A DNA stretch of 64,000 nucleotides from Mobula hypostoma (taxonomy: Eukaryota). Below the pieces are notes generated by a model. That model was not told where the DNA came from, did no database searches, and saw only the letters and a list, made by a program, of their open reading frames with translations. A program made the position numbers and the translations under genes. This document shows, one piece after another, positions 35,822 to 46,339 of the stretch. Where the stretch lies: assembly GCF_963921235.1 (NCBI RefSeq), contig NC_086097.1, positions 92,630,001-92,694,000 of the forward strand, in the 5' to 3' direction. Position 1 is the stretch's first letter; each line of letters starts with the position of its first letter.

Positions 35822-36392
35822 GTGTGGTAGTATGGTGGGTAGTGCTTGTCGCTCTCCTTTTCAGCTTCCGCCACTGGCTAGCAGTCTTGCGAACAGGAGA
35901 GCTGAACGTGTAAGTCTCTCTCTGACAGTACATAGACTCTCCAACAGTAAGCCTCATCACTGGTGACACACGGAAACTGAACTCCTTCCAGAGTCAGGCT
36001 GAACTACAGAGGATGGGGAGGAGGTCTGGTCCCTGCACATATAGCATGTAGGCCCACCATTATGTGGACACGCCCTGGTGCCCATGAACCAGATCCCCAG
36101 CTATGGGTAAATAGCCCCACTGCCTTGTGGGCAGCCTCTGGAGACACGAAGGCTACCAGAGTAAACCCAGACAGCAAATCCAGAGTGGAGACCCTAAGGT
36201 GGCTGGGCATCATTGAACATCCTTCCAGCAGCTCCTACATATTGGTTCATAAGTCTTCCTTTGGATAACACTGGTGAGGCCCAGAGGGGGATCTTGACGA
36301 CTGGGTATCTCAGGATCTCCATACATTCCGCCCAGGCTTGTGATGATGATCATCATCGCTCATTGACCTTCGAGACAGATAGATGCCAACCA
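35822..36392 (+). mobile_element. Non-autonomous RTE-derived element (5' UTR fused to 3' end)
   Basis: No ORF. Contains aaatccagagtggagaccctaagg and ends cattgaccttcgagacagatagatgccaaccaa, recalling RTE-clade ends. Recalled similarity only. Confidence 0.55.
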
Positions 36393-37502
36393 AAGTTATT
36401 AAAGCTTTTCTATGGAAAGAGACGGTTACCTAGGTTCTCCCTATGTTGTGAGCGTCCAACTTCTGTACAGCCCGTATACACAGCATTTGGGAGACTGGCA
36501 GGATGAACTTGCTGGATTCTCAGGGCTACTGTGTAACAACTCAGTGCACAGACACATTCCTATTTTGAGAACTGTCCAGGTCACAAACAGTTCACAGGAA
36601 CAGAACCCGCCAGTCTCCCAAACACCTTAATTCCTAACACTTTAAAGGTATTCTCCAGCAAAAATTTCAAAAGGTGGTCTTCAATCCTTTATCCCATCCA
36701 TACCCAGACCTTTCCGGATGTGATGTGACGTGACTGGAACTGAGAACAGCAAAGAAGATTTCAGCTACAAAATCAAGATCCTCCTTCACTATTATATGTA
36801 TCTTGAGTTTCTTAAATTAATTTAAAAAATTGCAACTAAACCTCCAGGGAGTAAAGTATTATTGGCCTGATGATCTGATTGGATTTGAGACTTAGTTAAT
36901 ACAAAAAGAATTATAATACTACATAGACATTATCATTTAAAAGCAAGATATTTAGTACTTAGCACTAAGTTAGGTGCCTTCTTTAACACACATTACATAA
37001 ATTATGCTCCTTCCTCGAGTCACTTTTGTTTGTGCTAAAAGATATTGGAGATCATTAACAAGCAACTGACATATTAAGAGCATCATAACCACCATCCCAA
37101 CATATCAAAAAGCAAAATCCTACACTGCTGAAGATCTGTAAACAAAAATGAAAGGCTGGAGATACTCAGACTTGGTAACATCAGTGAAGAAAGAAATAAT
37201 CAACATTTTAGATCAATAATAGCCTACAGCCCATCTTATGATACATCAGCAACCCAAAATGCCAAATCTATTTCCCTCCCCACAAATGGGGCCCAACGAG
37301 CTGAGTACTTTCAGAGTTTTTATCTCTCCCACAGAGCGGCACAGTTTGTCAAGCCACTGTCCCACAGCTCCAACAACCTTGATTCAATGGTGACCTTGGT
37401 GTGCAGAGTCTACACGTTCTCCCTGTAACCAGGTATTCCAGCTTCCATCCGCATCCCAAAGACATGGAGGTTAATTGTCCTATGTAATTTGCCCCTAGTG
37501 TG

Positions 37503-38753
37503 TCAGTTTTTTTGAAGTCTGTCTTGAGCCTTGGGGCCCATCAGGCTGGCGTTTATGCCAGATTCTGTGCCGTGAAGCGACTGAGAGTACGAGGCTGCCC
37601 CCCCCCCACCCCCCCAGATAGGGCGCCAGTCTATCACGAGGTTGACTGGAGCATTGTGTGGTTGAGTGCCTTGCTCAACAAGGATCAGTGCTGGGTCCAT
37701 TGTTATTTGTCATCTATCTCAATGATCTGGATGATAATGTGGTAAATTGGATCAGCAAGTTTGCTGATGATACAAAGATTGGAGGTGTAGTAGACAGTGA
37801 GGAAGGTTTTCAGAGCCTGCAGAGGGACTTGGACCAGCTGGAAAAATGGGCTGAAAAATGGCAGATGGAGTTTAATACTGACAAGTGTAAGGTATTGCAC
37901 GTTGGAAGGACAAACCAACGTAGAACATACAGGGTTAATGGTAAGGCACTGAGGAGTGCAGTGGAACAGAGGGATCTGGGAATACAGATACAAAATTCCC
38001 TAAAAGTGTCGTCACAGGTAGATAGGGTCATAAAAATAGAGCTTTTGGTACATTGGCCTTTATTAATCGAAGTATTGAGTATAAGAGCTGGAATGTTATG
38101 ATGAGGTTGTATAAGGCATTGGTGAGGCCGAATCTGGAGTATTGTGTTCAGTTTTGTTCACCAAATTACAGGAAGGATATAAATAAGGTTGAAAGAGTGC
38201 AAGGATGTTGCCGGGACTTGAGAAGCTCAGTTACAGAGAAAGGTTGAATAGGTTAGGACTTTATTCCCTGCAGCGTAGAAGAATGAGGGGAGATTTGATA
38301 GAGGTATATAAAATTATGATGGGTATAGATAGAGTGAATGCAAGCAGGCTTTTTCCACTGAGGCAAGGGGAGAAAAAAACCAGAGGACATGGGTTAAGGG
38401 TGAGGGGGGAAAAGTTTAAAGGGAACATTAGGGGGGGCTTCTTCACACAGAGAGTGGTGGGCGTATGGAATGAGCTGCCAGATGAGGTGGTAAATGTGGG
38501 TTCTTTTTTAACATTTAAGAATAAATTGGACAGGTACATGGATGGGAGGTGTATGGAGGGATATGGTCCGTGTGCAGGTCAGTGGGACTAGGCAGAAAAT
38601 GGTTCGGCACAGCCAAGAAGGGCCAAAGGGCCTGTTTCTGTGCTGTAGTTTCTATGGTTCTATGGTGCTATGGTACACGCTGCCTCGGCCGAGGCTCGAA
38701 CCCACGACCTTCAGATCGCTAGTCCAACGCCCCAAACCACTTGGCCACGTGTC
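37503..38753 (-). mobile_element. tRNA-derived CORE-like SINE split by a CR1
   Basis: Head at 38675-38753 has A box TGGCCAAGTGG and B box GGTTCGAGCC on the minus strand. The body at 37503-37678 ends in gttgagtgccttgctcaa (CORE-like). Confidence 0.75.
37679..38674 (+). mobile_element. 5'-truncated CR1 LINE
   Basis: QGSVLGPLLF, FADDTKIGG, RRRMRGDLIEVYKIM, and a (tctatggt)n tail. Confidence 0.93.
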
Positions 38754-39511
38754 AGTAACCAGTGGTATTTAGGAAGAACTGATGCGAATGTGGGGAGAAT
38801 AAAGCTGGAGCAACACATACAAAATGCTGGAGGAATTCAGCATGTCAGGCAGGATCTAGGGAAAGGAATAAACAGTCAATGTTTTGGGCTGAGACCCTTT
38901 ACTCCATCTTTCTGTAGGTGCTGCCTGACCTGCTGAGTTTTTCCAGCAATTTTTATGAATTATTCTGGAAGTCCAGCATCTGCAGAATCTCCTGTGTTTC
39001 ACAATAAAGATGGATTGGTGTAGAATTAGTGTAAATGGGTGTTTAATGGTCAACACAGGCTCTTGGGATGGAAGGGCCTTTCCATGCTGTATAGTCATAG
39101 TCATACTTTACTGATCCCAGGGGGAAATTGGTTTTTGTTACAGTTGTACCATAAATAGTAAATAGTAATAGAACCATAAATAGTTAAATAGTAATATGCA
39201 AATTATGAAATAAGTCCGGGACCAGCCTATCGGCTCAGGGAATGACCTTATAACCAATTCTCTCCTCTCAACTGAGACCAGCAAGAGCCGCACATCCAAT
39301 GATCAAACTTCTTGGTAACAAATTCCTCAATCATAAGAGGCACAGCGTGTAGGTGCAGAAACAGCTTAAATCTCTAAAACCAATGAGGAGAGCTAGAAGC
39401 CCTACATTACTCCACAAAAGAGAGACATCCACAAACTCATCCTGCCCATTCTGCAAAGAATAAATTCTTTCCTCCTGCTTTAAAGACTGAAATGATGCAA
39501 AAATGCCTTAC

Positions 39512-39707
39512 CTTTTCTGCCAAGCCTTTGTGCAGAACACAGACGGTGTCCAGTAAATAAAACAATGCAATCAGGAACACGAAAGGGGATTTGGATCCTG
39601 TCAGGCTGAGGTGCTGCATTTCTCCAACACAGCCCAGTGACACAAGGCTACGGACAGTCTCTGGACCTGGATAGCAGGACTTAGGGTTACACAGGGCTGA
39701 ATAAGAT
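39512..39707 (-). CDS. RPAP1: RPAP1 coding exon (196 nt, phase 2-0)
   Basis: SYSALCNPKSCYPGPETVRSLVSLGCVGEMQHLSLTGSKSPFVFLIALFYLLDTVCVLHKGLAEK. Acceptor tctctcctcag|, donor |gtaagg. Confidence 0.95.
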
Positions 39708-40857
39708 CTGAGGAGAGACAACAGCATGAAAAGAAATGGAAGAAGTTTGTGTACATGATTTCTACTAGTGCAGGGAAGCATTTGCACATTAGCAACCTCA
39801 AAATATTGAAGGAAAATTAAGCTGAATCTGATGGCAAAGGTAAACCAAGACAGTCAGAGAATTAGCATCGATCACAGCCATTGAAAAGCAACATCTTTTA
39901 ACCACCTCCTTTGCCACTAAGGTCTCAGAATCTGATCACGATTTGCTGGTCCCTCCATCTTAACCTACAGTAATGGGCAATCCTATCAGATGTGCCAGAC
40001 TCTGCAAAACTCATCATTCATTTCTGCAACACTGGCTTTTCCACCACATCGAGATTGCAGTTCAGAGGGAGATCACAAAATATAATCACATCAGCCCTAC
40101 ACCAGCCACTCACAAGCCAGAGCCACTCAATAAAATCATTTATTCATATTTGCCCTTAACTCTCACAAACATCTTGGGCACTTTGAATCATGAAGCTCAA
40201 CCAGCATCTCAATTGAGATATCTGAGAAGAATTAACTTGGATCCTTGGAACTTGGAGTTGACTGCCTTCAACAAACCTGGAGAATCACTCCTTAAAGGAG
40301 GTCCCCTCCGAGGTCAGCATTATCCAATGCAACCATATAGCAGCTTTCTTTGCAGTACGCTGGAGCTGTTCTACATCAAGTTATTTGTTACGAACGATAA
40401 ATACACCTATACTTGTCTCAAACAAAAAAATTATTCACTAGCCATTCACTGGGATAGTGAATCTTTCTTACAATGGAGTTTTGGATCAAAAAATTCTGAA
40501 GACAAAAGATACCCCTGCTCCAATGCCCCAGATATTAACTGCTAACTGGACCACAGATGGGAGCTCCTACATCCAACCATGAATCCTATATAGGTTGCTC
40601 TGCTGAATCACTAGAGCTACTGAACAAAATAACCTACTGACTGCAGAAATGCAGGGCATTACTATAGCTCGAAATACATAAACAGATATACGATGAAAAC
40701 CCAGGGACTGAAGGCAAGGACCATGACCTATGTTATTTTGCTATCAAACTGGCTCTAAGAAACAAAAGAGTTTCAAACCTCTTTGAAATTACATACTCAC
40801 GATTACTGTACACATGCACATGCAATTTGCAGTTTCAGTAAACAGGGGTCTGCTTAC

Positions 40858-40967
40858 CTGAGGTCCACAAACATCTTCTCTAATGTAGGCTGATTAAGTA
40901 GGGGAGACAAGGATTCCATCCAAAACTGCTCCAATTCTACTAAGCACTCAACAGGTCTATATGAAGG
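40858..40967 (-). CDS. RPAP1: RPAP1 coding exon (110 nt, phase 0-2)
   Basis: Not in the ORF track; translated by hand as PSYRPVECLVELEQFWMESLSPLLNQPTLEKMFVDL(R). Acceptor tttgatgcag|, donor |gtaagc. Resembles RPAP1 PLLSQPTL...DSLR. Confidence 0.92.
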
Positions 40968-41884
40968 CTGCATCAAAGTCAAGGGAAATTAGTTTTAGAG
41001 GGATGTGGTCAGGGGAAATGGCTGCATGCCAGAGCAACACACATCATAAATTAGTGAATAAAAGATGTAAACAAGTAGATATTCAGAACTGAAAGTAGAA
41101 AATGCCAGAAAACACTCAGCAGCATCTGTCAAAAGAGAAAACGGATTAATGTTTTTAAATCAAAGACCTTTCATCAAATCTGGGAGAGTGAACAAGTTAG
41201 TTTTTAGTTGCAAAGAAGGGATGGGAAGAACAGAGACTACCTTTGATATGTGCAGTCACATTTACTATGAGGAAAAGAAACTAAGCCATCTGGTTGATAG
41301 ATTATAATAAGGGCATATGGAATGAATTCAAAGTCATTCAGGATATCTTGACATGCAACTGTCTGCTCACTGCCAGATCCAGCTGAACCAGAGTTCTTGG
41401 ATCTGAAACCTTATTTCAGAATTTAGTTCAGTCAAGTGGAAAGTGATGCATTTTAGACCGTTAACAAGACATACACAATAAATGACTGGGCTCAGGGATT
41501 GCTGTAGAATAGAGATATCTAGGTCTATGTAGGTTGGAGGAAGTAGTGTATGGAGTACAGGAGTTGGGATATTGTGTTACAACATGTACAAAGTGTTGGC
41601 TGTACCCACCTGGAGTACCTTGTGCAGTTCTAATTGCCATGCAATAGGAAAGATGTGATTAAGCTAGATAAGGTGCAGAACAGGTTCACAAGGATATTGC
41701 TTGGGCTAGAGTGCTTGAGTTATAAGGAGAGATTGGATAGGTTGGCATTGCTTGCCCTGAAGCAAAGGAGACTCAAGAGAGACCTCACAGAGGTTTATGA
41801 AATTATGCAAAAATAGGGTAGATACTCAGTCTTTTTCCCCAGGTTAAGGGTTCTAAAAATAGAGGGGAGAGGATTAAGGTGAGA

Positions 41885-42743
41885 CATTTTTTTGGGACCA
41901 CTCTCTCCGTGATTCCCTTGTCTATTTGTCCCACCCCACTGATCTTCCTCCTGGCACTTATCTGTGCAAGTGGAATAAGTGCTACACGTCCTCCTTCACC
42001 ACCATTCAGAGCCACAAATATTCCTTCCAGGTGAGACAACACTTCACCTGCAAGTCAGTCAGTGTCACCTACTATATCTGGTGTTCCCAGTGTAGCTACT
42101 TCTACATCAGTGAGACCCAATGTAAATTGGGGGACCACTTTGAGAAGTACCCTTGGTACATCCACAACAGGAAGGATTTCCCAGTGGGGTAGCCAACCAT
42201 CTTAAATCCACTTCCCACTCCCATTCTGACATGTCACTTCATAGCCCTCTACTGCCATGATGAGGCCTCTCTCAGGTTGGAGGAGCAACACCACATATTC
42301 TGACTCCACACTGATGGCATGAACATAGATTTCTCCAATCAGGTAATTTCACCCCCTCCCCTTTCTGTTCCCCATTCTGGCTCCCCTCTTACCCTTTCTC
42401 TTCTCATCTGTCTATCACCTCCCTCTGGTGCCCTCTTTCTTCCCTGTCTCCCAAGGTCCATCTCCTCTCCTATCAGATTTCTCCTCTAGCCCTTTACCTC
42501 TTCCATCTATCTTTCTCACTTCATCCCTCAACCCACCTACCTACTTTCCTCCTCACCTGGCTTCACCTAACACCTTCTGGTCAGTACTCCTCCCCCTCCC
42601 CCCACTTTCTTCTTCTTCCAGCTGCATTCCCCTTCCTTTCCAGTCCTAATGAAGGACCATGGCCTGAAACGACTACTCTTTATTCATCTTTCTACATGCT
42701 GCCTGACCTGCTGAGTTCCTCCAGCATTTTTATGTGTGTTGCT
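41885..42743 (+). mobile_element. Penelope-like 3' fragment nested in an old CR1 (about 41420-42930)
   Basis: SFQVRQHFTC..VTYYIWCSQC..FYISET is a degenerate GIY-YIG domain. A decayed hammerhead lies at 42642-42676. Confidence 0.85.
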
Positions 42744-43312
42744 GAGAAATTGGGGGACGTATTTTTTCCACACAAAAGTTAGCGGCAAACACAGGTACAA
42801 TTACAGCATTAAAAAAAAACATTTGGACAAGTACATGGACAGGAAAGATCAAGAGACCAGATACAGACAACGAGACTAGCTTACAGACGAGTTGGACCAG
42901 AGGGCCTGTTTCTGTGCTACATAAATCCATGAATGATCAAATTACAAATAACTCAATAAAATGAAGAGCTGGAAATAAAATTATTCTGACGTGATAAAAA
43001 TAAGCAGCTGGCTCCTATAGGGCCATTTAGACTGGAGACGTGTGATGGAATATCAGTTGTAATAAGCCACTGCAAATTCACCATTAAAGTGAGAGGTAAA
43101 ATCTGAGGAGAGTGCACTGCAATGTTGAGGGGAATAAAATGGCATTAGACCAGAATTAGTGCAATAGGATGTTTGATGATTGTCATGGACTTGCTGGGCA
43201 GAAGAACCTGCTTCCAAACTACAACACTAGGTTGTGTCATTTGACAGGAATTAACAGTTGCATAAATGTGCAATGACAAGGTGCAAGATAAGGTGCTAGG
43301 GTTTAATGTTAC

Positions 43313-43511
43313 CTGTTGGCTGAGTTTGCTGTAGTATGTCGCAAGGTAGATGATATACGTTGAAGTTAGCTGTCTCACTCTATTCCAAGTCGATGGACAG
43401 CTGAGCTCCTTAAAGCATCTTTTGACAAAGCCTTCCAGAAGTGGCTTGATACCTTCCACATGGCTCCAGTCTAATGGCGGAGGGGGAATGTGTCCCTCCT
43501 GGTCCCCAGAA
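43313..43511 (-). CDS. RPAP1: RPAP1 coding exon (199 nt, phase 2-0)
   Basis: SGDQEGHIPPPPLDWSHVEGIKPLLEGFVKRCFKELSCPSTWNRVRQLTSTYIIYLATYYSKLSQQ. Acceptor cttcccttag|, donor |gtaaca. Confidence 0.92.
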
Positions 43512-44819
43512 CTAAGGGAAGGGAACAGAGAAGTTACCAACTGCTCTGCTTTGTTAGGCAGAGAGTACGTTTGAGAAGAGGGAGCTCTGCAGGCTCTCCT
43601 ACTTGAATAGTTGGCACCTGCAGATTGATCTCAGTCTAAATATGGCCAGGACCAGAAAGAGAAAAGAAATGCAAGCATACAGAAACATGGAATAACACAG
43701 TACTGGTGTTGTGCCAGCTCTTTGAAACAACTGTCCAATTCGTCCCACTGTCCTGTTCTTTCCTAAAGGATCTGTACCTTCCTTGTACGTTGATCTGATG
43801 TCCATACTGAAAGTTATTACAACAACTGTATCTACTGGTTTGGATAAGTTCGTTAAAATGTTGTTTCCATGCCGAATAACTTCACCATTCTATCGCAGCC
43901 TGTGGATTCCAGATCATAATGTTGTGTAAAAATAAAAATTCTCTTCTTCCATCAATTATTAAATCTGTGGATACTTCCCCATCCACCAATCAGAAACCTT
44001 CATCTTCATATCTCACAGAGCACTAGCAATTAATGAAGTTCTTCTAAAGGAGGTTATTGATAATGTAGCAGTGAATCAGTAAGAACACAAAATTTAGGAG
44101 GGGATAGGCCACTCACCCTCTGCCACAGTTCCCCCACCTGCTGCATTATCAATAACTAGCTTTAGAAGAACTTCATTAATTGCACCCTGCCAGTCAGTAG
44201 ATCAGGTCTGATTTGCCCCAAAGCTCATCTTCTGTGCCATTTCCCAATTTCCTGTTCCTTCAAAAAGGCCTCAATTTTCTCTTCAAATATTTCCAATGAT
44301 CTAGTCTCAAAACCCTCAAAGGTAGAGAATTCTAGAGAGCTACACACTATCCTCCCAGCAACACAATGTTCATAACCAGATAGCACAAAGTCAATATAGT
44401 GAGGATAGAAATCTGAAATAAACACAGAAAATTATGCAAGAATTCAATTCGTTAGACAGTACTTATGGAAAGAGCCAAATGTTACCTCAAACATTAAACT
44501 TTCAAACATAAACTAGATAATACTGTAAATACTCAGCAATTCAGGCACTTATGTGGAAACAGAAAGTTCAAATACCTCCTCCCTCCACGGATAATGAGCA
44601 TTTTCAACATTTCCTATTTTATAACTAAATTACATTTTCTATTGACTGACACTGGTTGAAGGATAAACGTTGGTCAAGACACTTGGGAAAATGCCACTCT
44701 ACTTCTTCAGAGTACCACTGTGACAGTTTTTACATTCAGTTGTCTAAAGAGACATCTCCGATGGTACAATGTTCTTTTGGTGTTCTGCACTAGAGTTGTG
44801 TGTCGAGAGATTTTTTTTT

Positions 44820-45470
44820 GCTAAACTCTGATAACTTTAGTTCCCTGAAAATGGTGCCACAAGTAGAGAGTGCAGTAAACAAAGTGCCTGGCATGCTGGC
44901 CTTGACCAGTAAAAGAACTAGTTATGGAAATTGGGACATTATGTTGCAGCTGCAAAAGACACTGGTAAGACAGCAAGCAGAGATTGTGTACAGGTTTGGT
45001 TATTTTGTTACAGGTAAGCTGGAAAGAATACAATGAAAATTTACAATAATATTGTAAGGACACAAGGGCCCAAGTTATATACAGAAGTTGGGAGGCATTA
45101 TTCCCTTACAGCATAGGAGACTGAGGGGTGAACTTATAAAAGTGTACAGCATGAATGGGCTCAGTCCTTTTCCCATGGAAACTGAATCAAAACACTAGAA
45201 CGCCCAAGTCTGGTTAAGAGGTAAAAGATTTAAAAGGGATCCAAATGGCAAATTTTTCACAAAGAGGATGTGAGCTATATGAGGTGAGCTGCCAAAGGAA
45301 GTGGTTGATGATGCAGGTGTAATAAGAACTTTTAAGAGACATTTGGACGTCTATGTGGATAGGGAAGGTTTTGAGGGATGTAGGCCAATCACAGGCAAAT
45401 GGGACTAGTTTAGACAGACATCCTCATCGGCCTGGACAAGTTGGTCCATAGGGCCTCTCCCATGTTATCT
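44820..45470 (+). mobile_element. Old CR1 3' fragment
   Basis: Degenerate SSLKMVPQV...MLQLQKTLVR and a CR1 3' UTR. Confidence 0.7.
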
Positions 45471-46339
45471 TCCTTTTTTGACAGGACTGAACATATTGCT
45501 GTGGACACAACTGCAACTAAGTACAGTGGCCAGCATGAGTCGTTCAATGGATTGTAAATTACAGCAAGCGTTGCCTCATTACAATGTGCAGCTGTGGTAA
45601 CCACGGCAACCGCCAGTCACAAGCTCCAAGAATCCATGAGGGAATTGCTGCAGTGTGAGCCACCAAAGCCCAGCCTGTGTTTCAATGTTGTTTTAATGAT
45701 AGACGAATATGTTCTCTGCCTTCACCAACAATTCCATTACTGACATTTAATCAGTACCTCTGAGCCTCCTGTATTTCACTTGAATAAAATGGAGTGTCCA
45801 TCACAATTGTAATCACTGACTGAAAGGCCATCGGTTCTGAATGAAAGCTATCAAAAATACAAAGCATTAATTCAGAACTGCTTTGGTGTGGGAAACAAAA
45901 TCAACCCTTGTTTTTTGTGTATGACAGTCACCTAGCAACAGTCATCAATTCTGACTCAGCTGCCCCTCCTCCTCTCTACACTCTAGTCTCCCAGCATCAG
46001 TCTGCAATCACTCTCAGCTGCCCAGGAGTATCACAATATACTGAGCATCAGAATGGTACAAGATTAGGTATCAATTCCAATCATTACACTGTTACAGCTT
46101 CTTCACATCACACTGCCAAAGTCATAGTGCGCTTTAACGGCAGAGGGTGATTCCACCAAATGCAACAATAGAATTAAAGGGAACGGTGAAGGAGAGGCTT
46201 TCAAAAATTACACAGAATTTAGAGCATTCATTCCAACATGCCTATGTTTTGGTTCCAAATGCACGTCTTCTAATCTTCTAATCTATTAGTTAGAATTAGT
46301 GTTTGTGGAGAAAAATGTTATTAAGCCTACATACAAAGT

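Larger units (their letters stand above)
37333..39090 (+). mobile_element. HE1/V-SINE-like element split by three nested insertions
   Basis: Head and V domain at 37333-37502 (cacgttctccctgtaacc...catcccaaagac), middle at 38755-38803, CR1-type tail at 39005-39090 (gaagggcctttccatgctgta). Confidence 0.7.

Noticed and set aside
38675..38753. tRNA gene
   Set aside because: It has A and B boxes but no proper acceptor stem or T-run terminator, and it continues into a SINE body across the CR1 insertion.
39973..40545. 190-aa plus-strand ORF
   Set aside because: No recognisable domain. It is antisense within an intron and compatible with chance or a highly decayed repeat.
42642..42676. Second functional hammerhead
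   Set aside because: The core is mutated (CTAATGA, and GAC in place of GTC). Other copies, such as those near 38875 and 56410, are similarly decayed.
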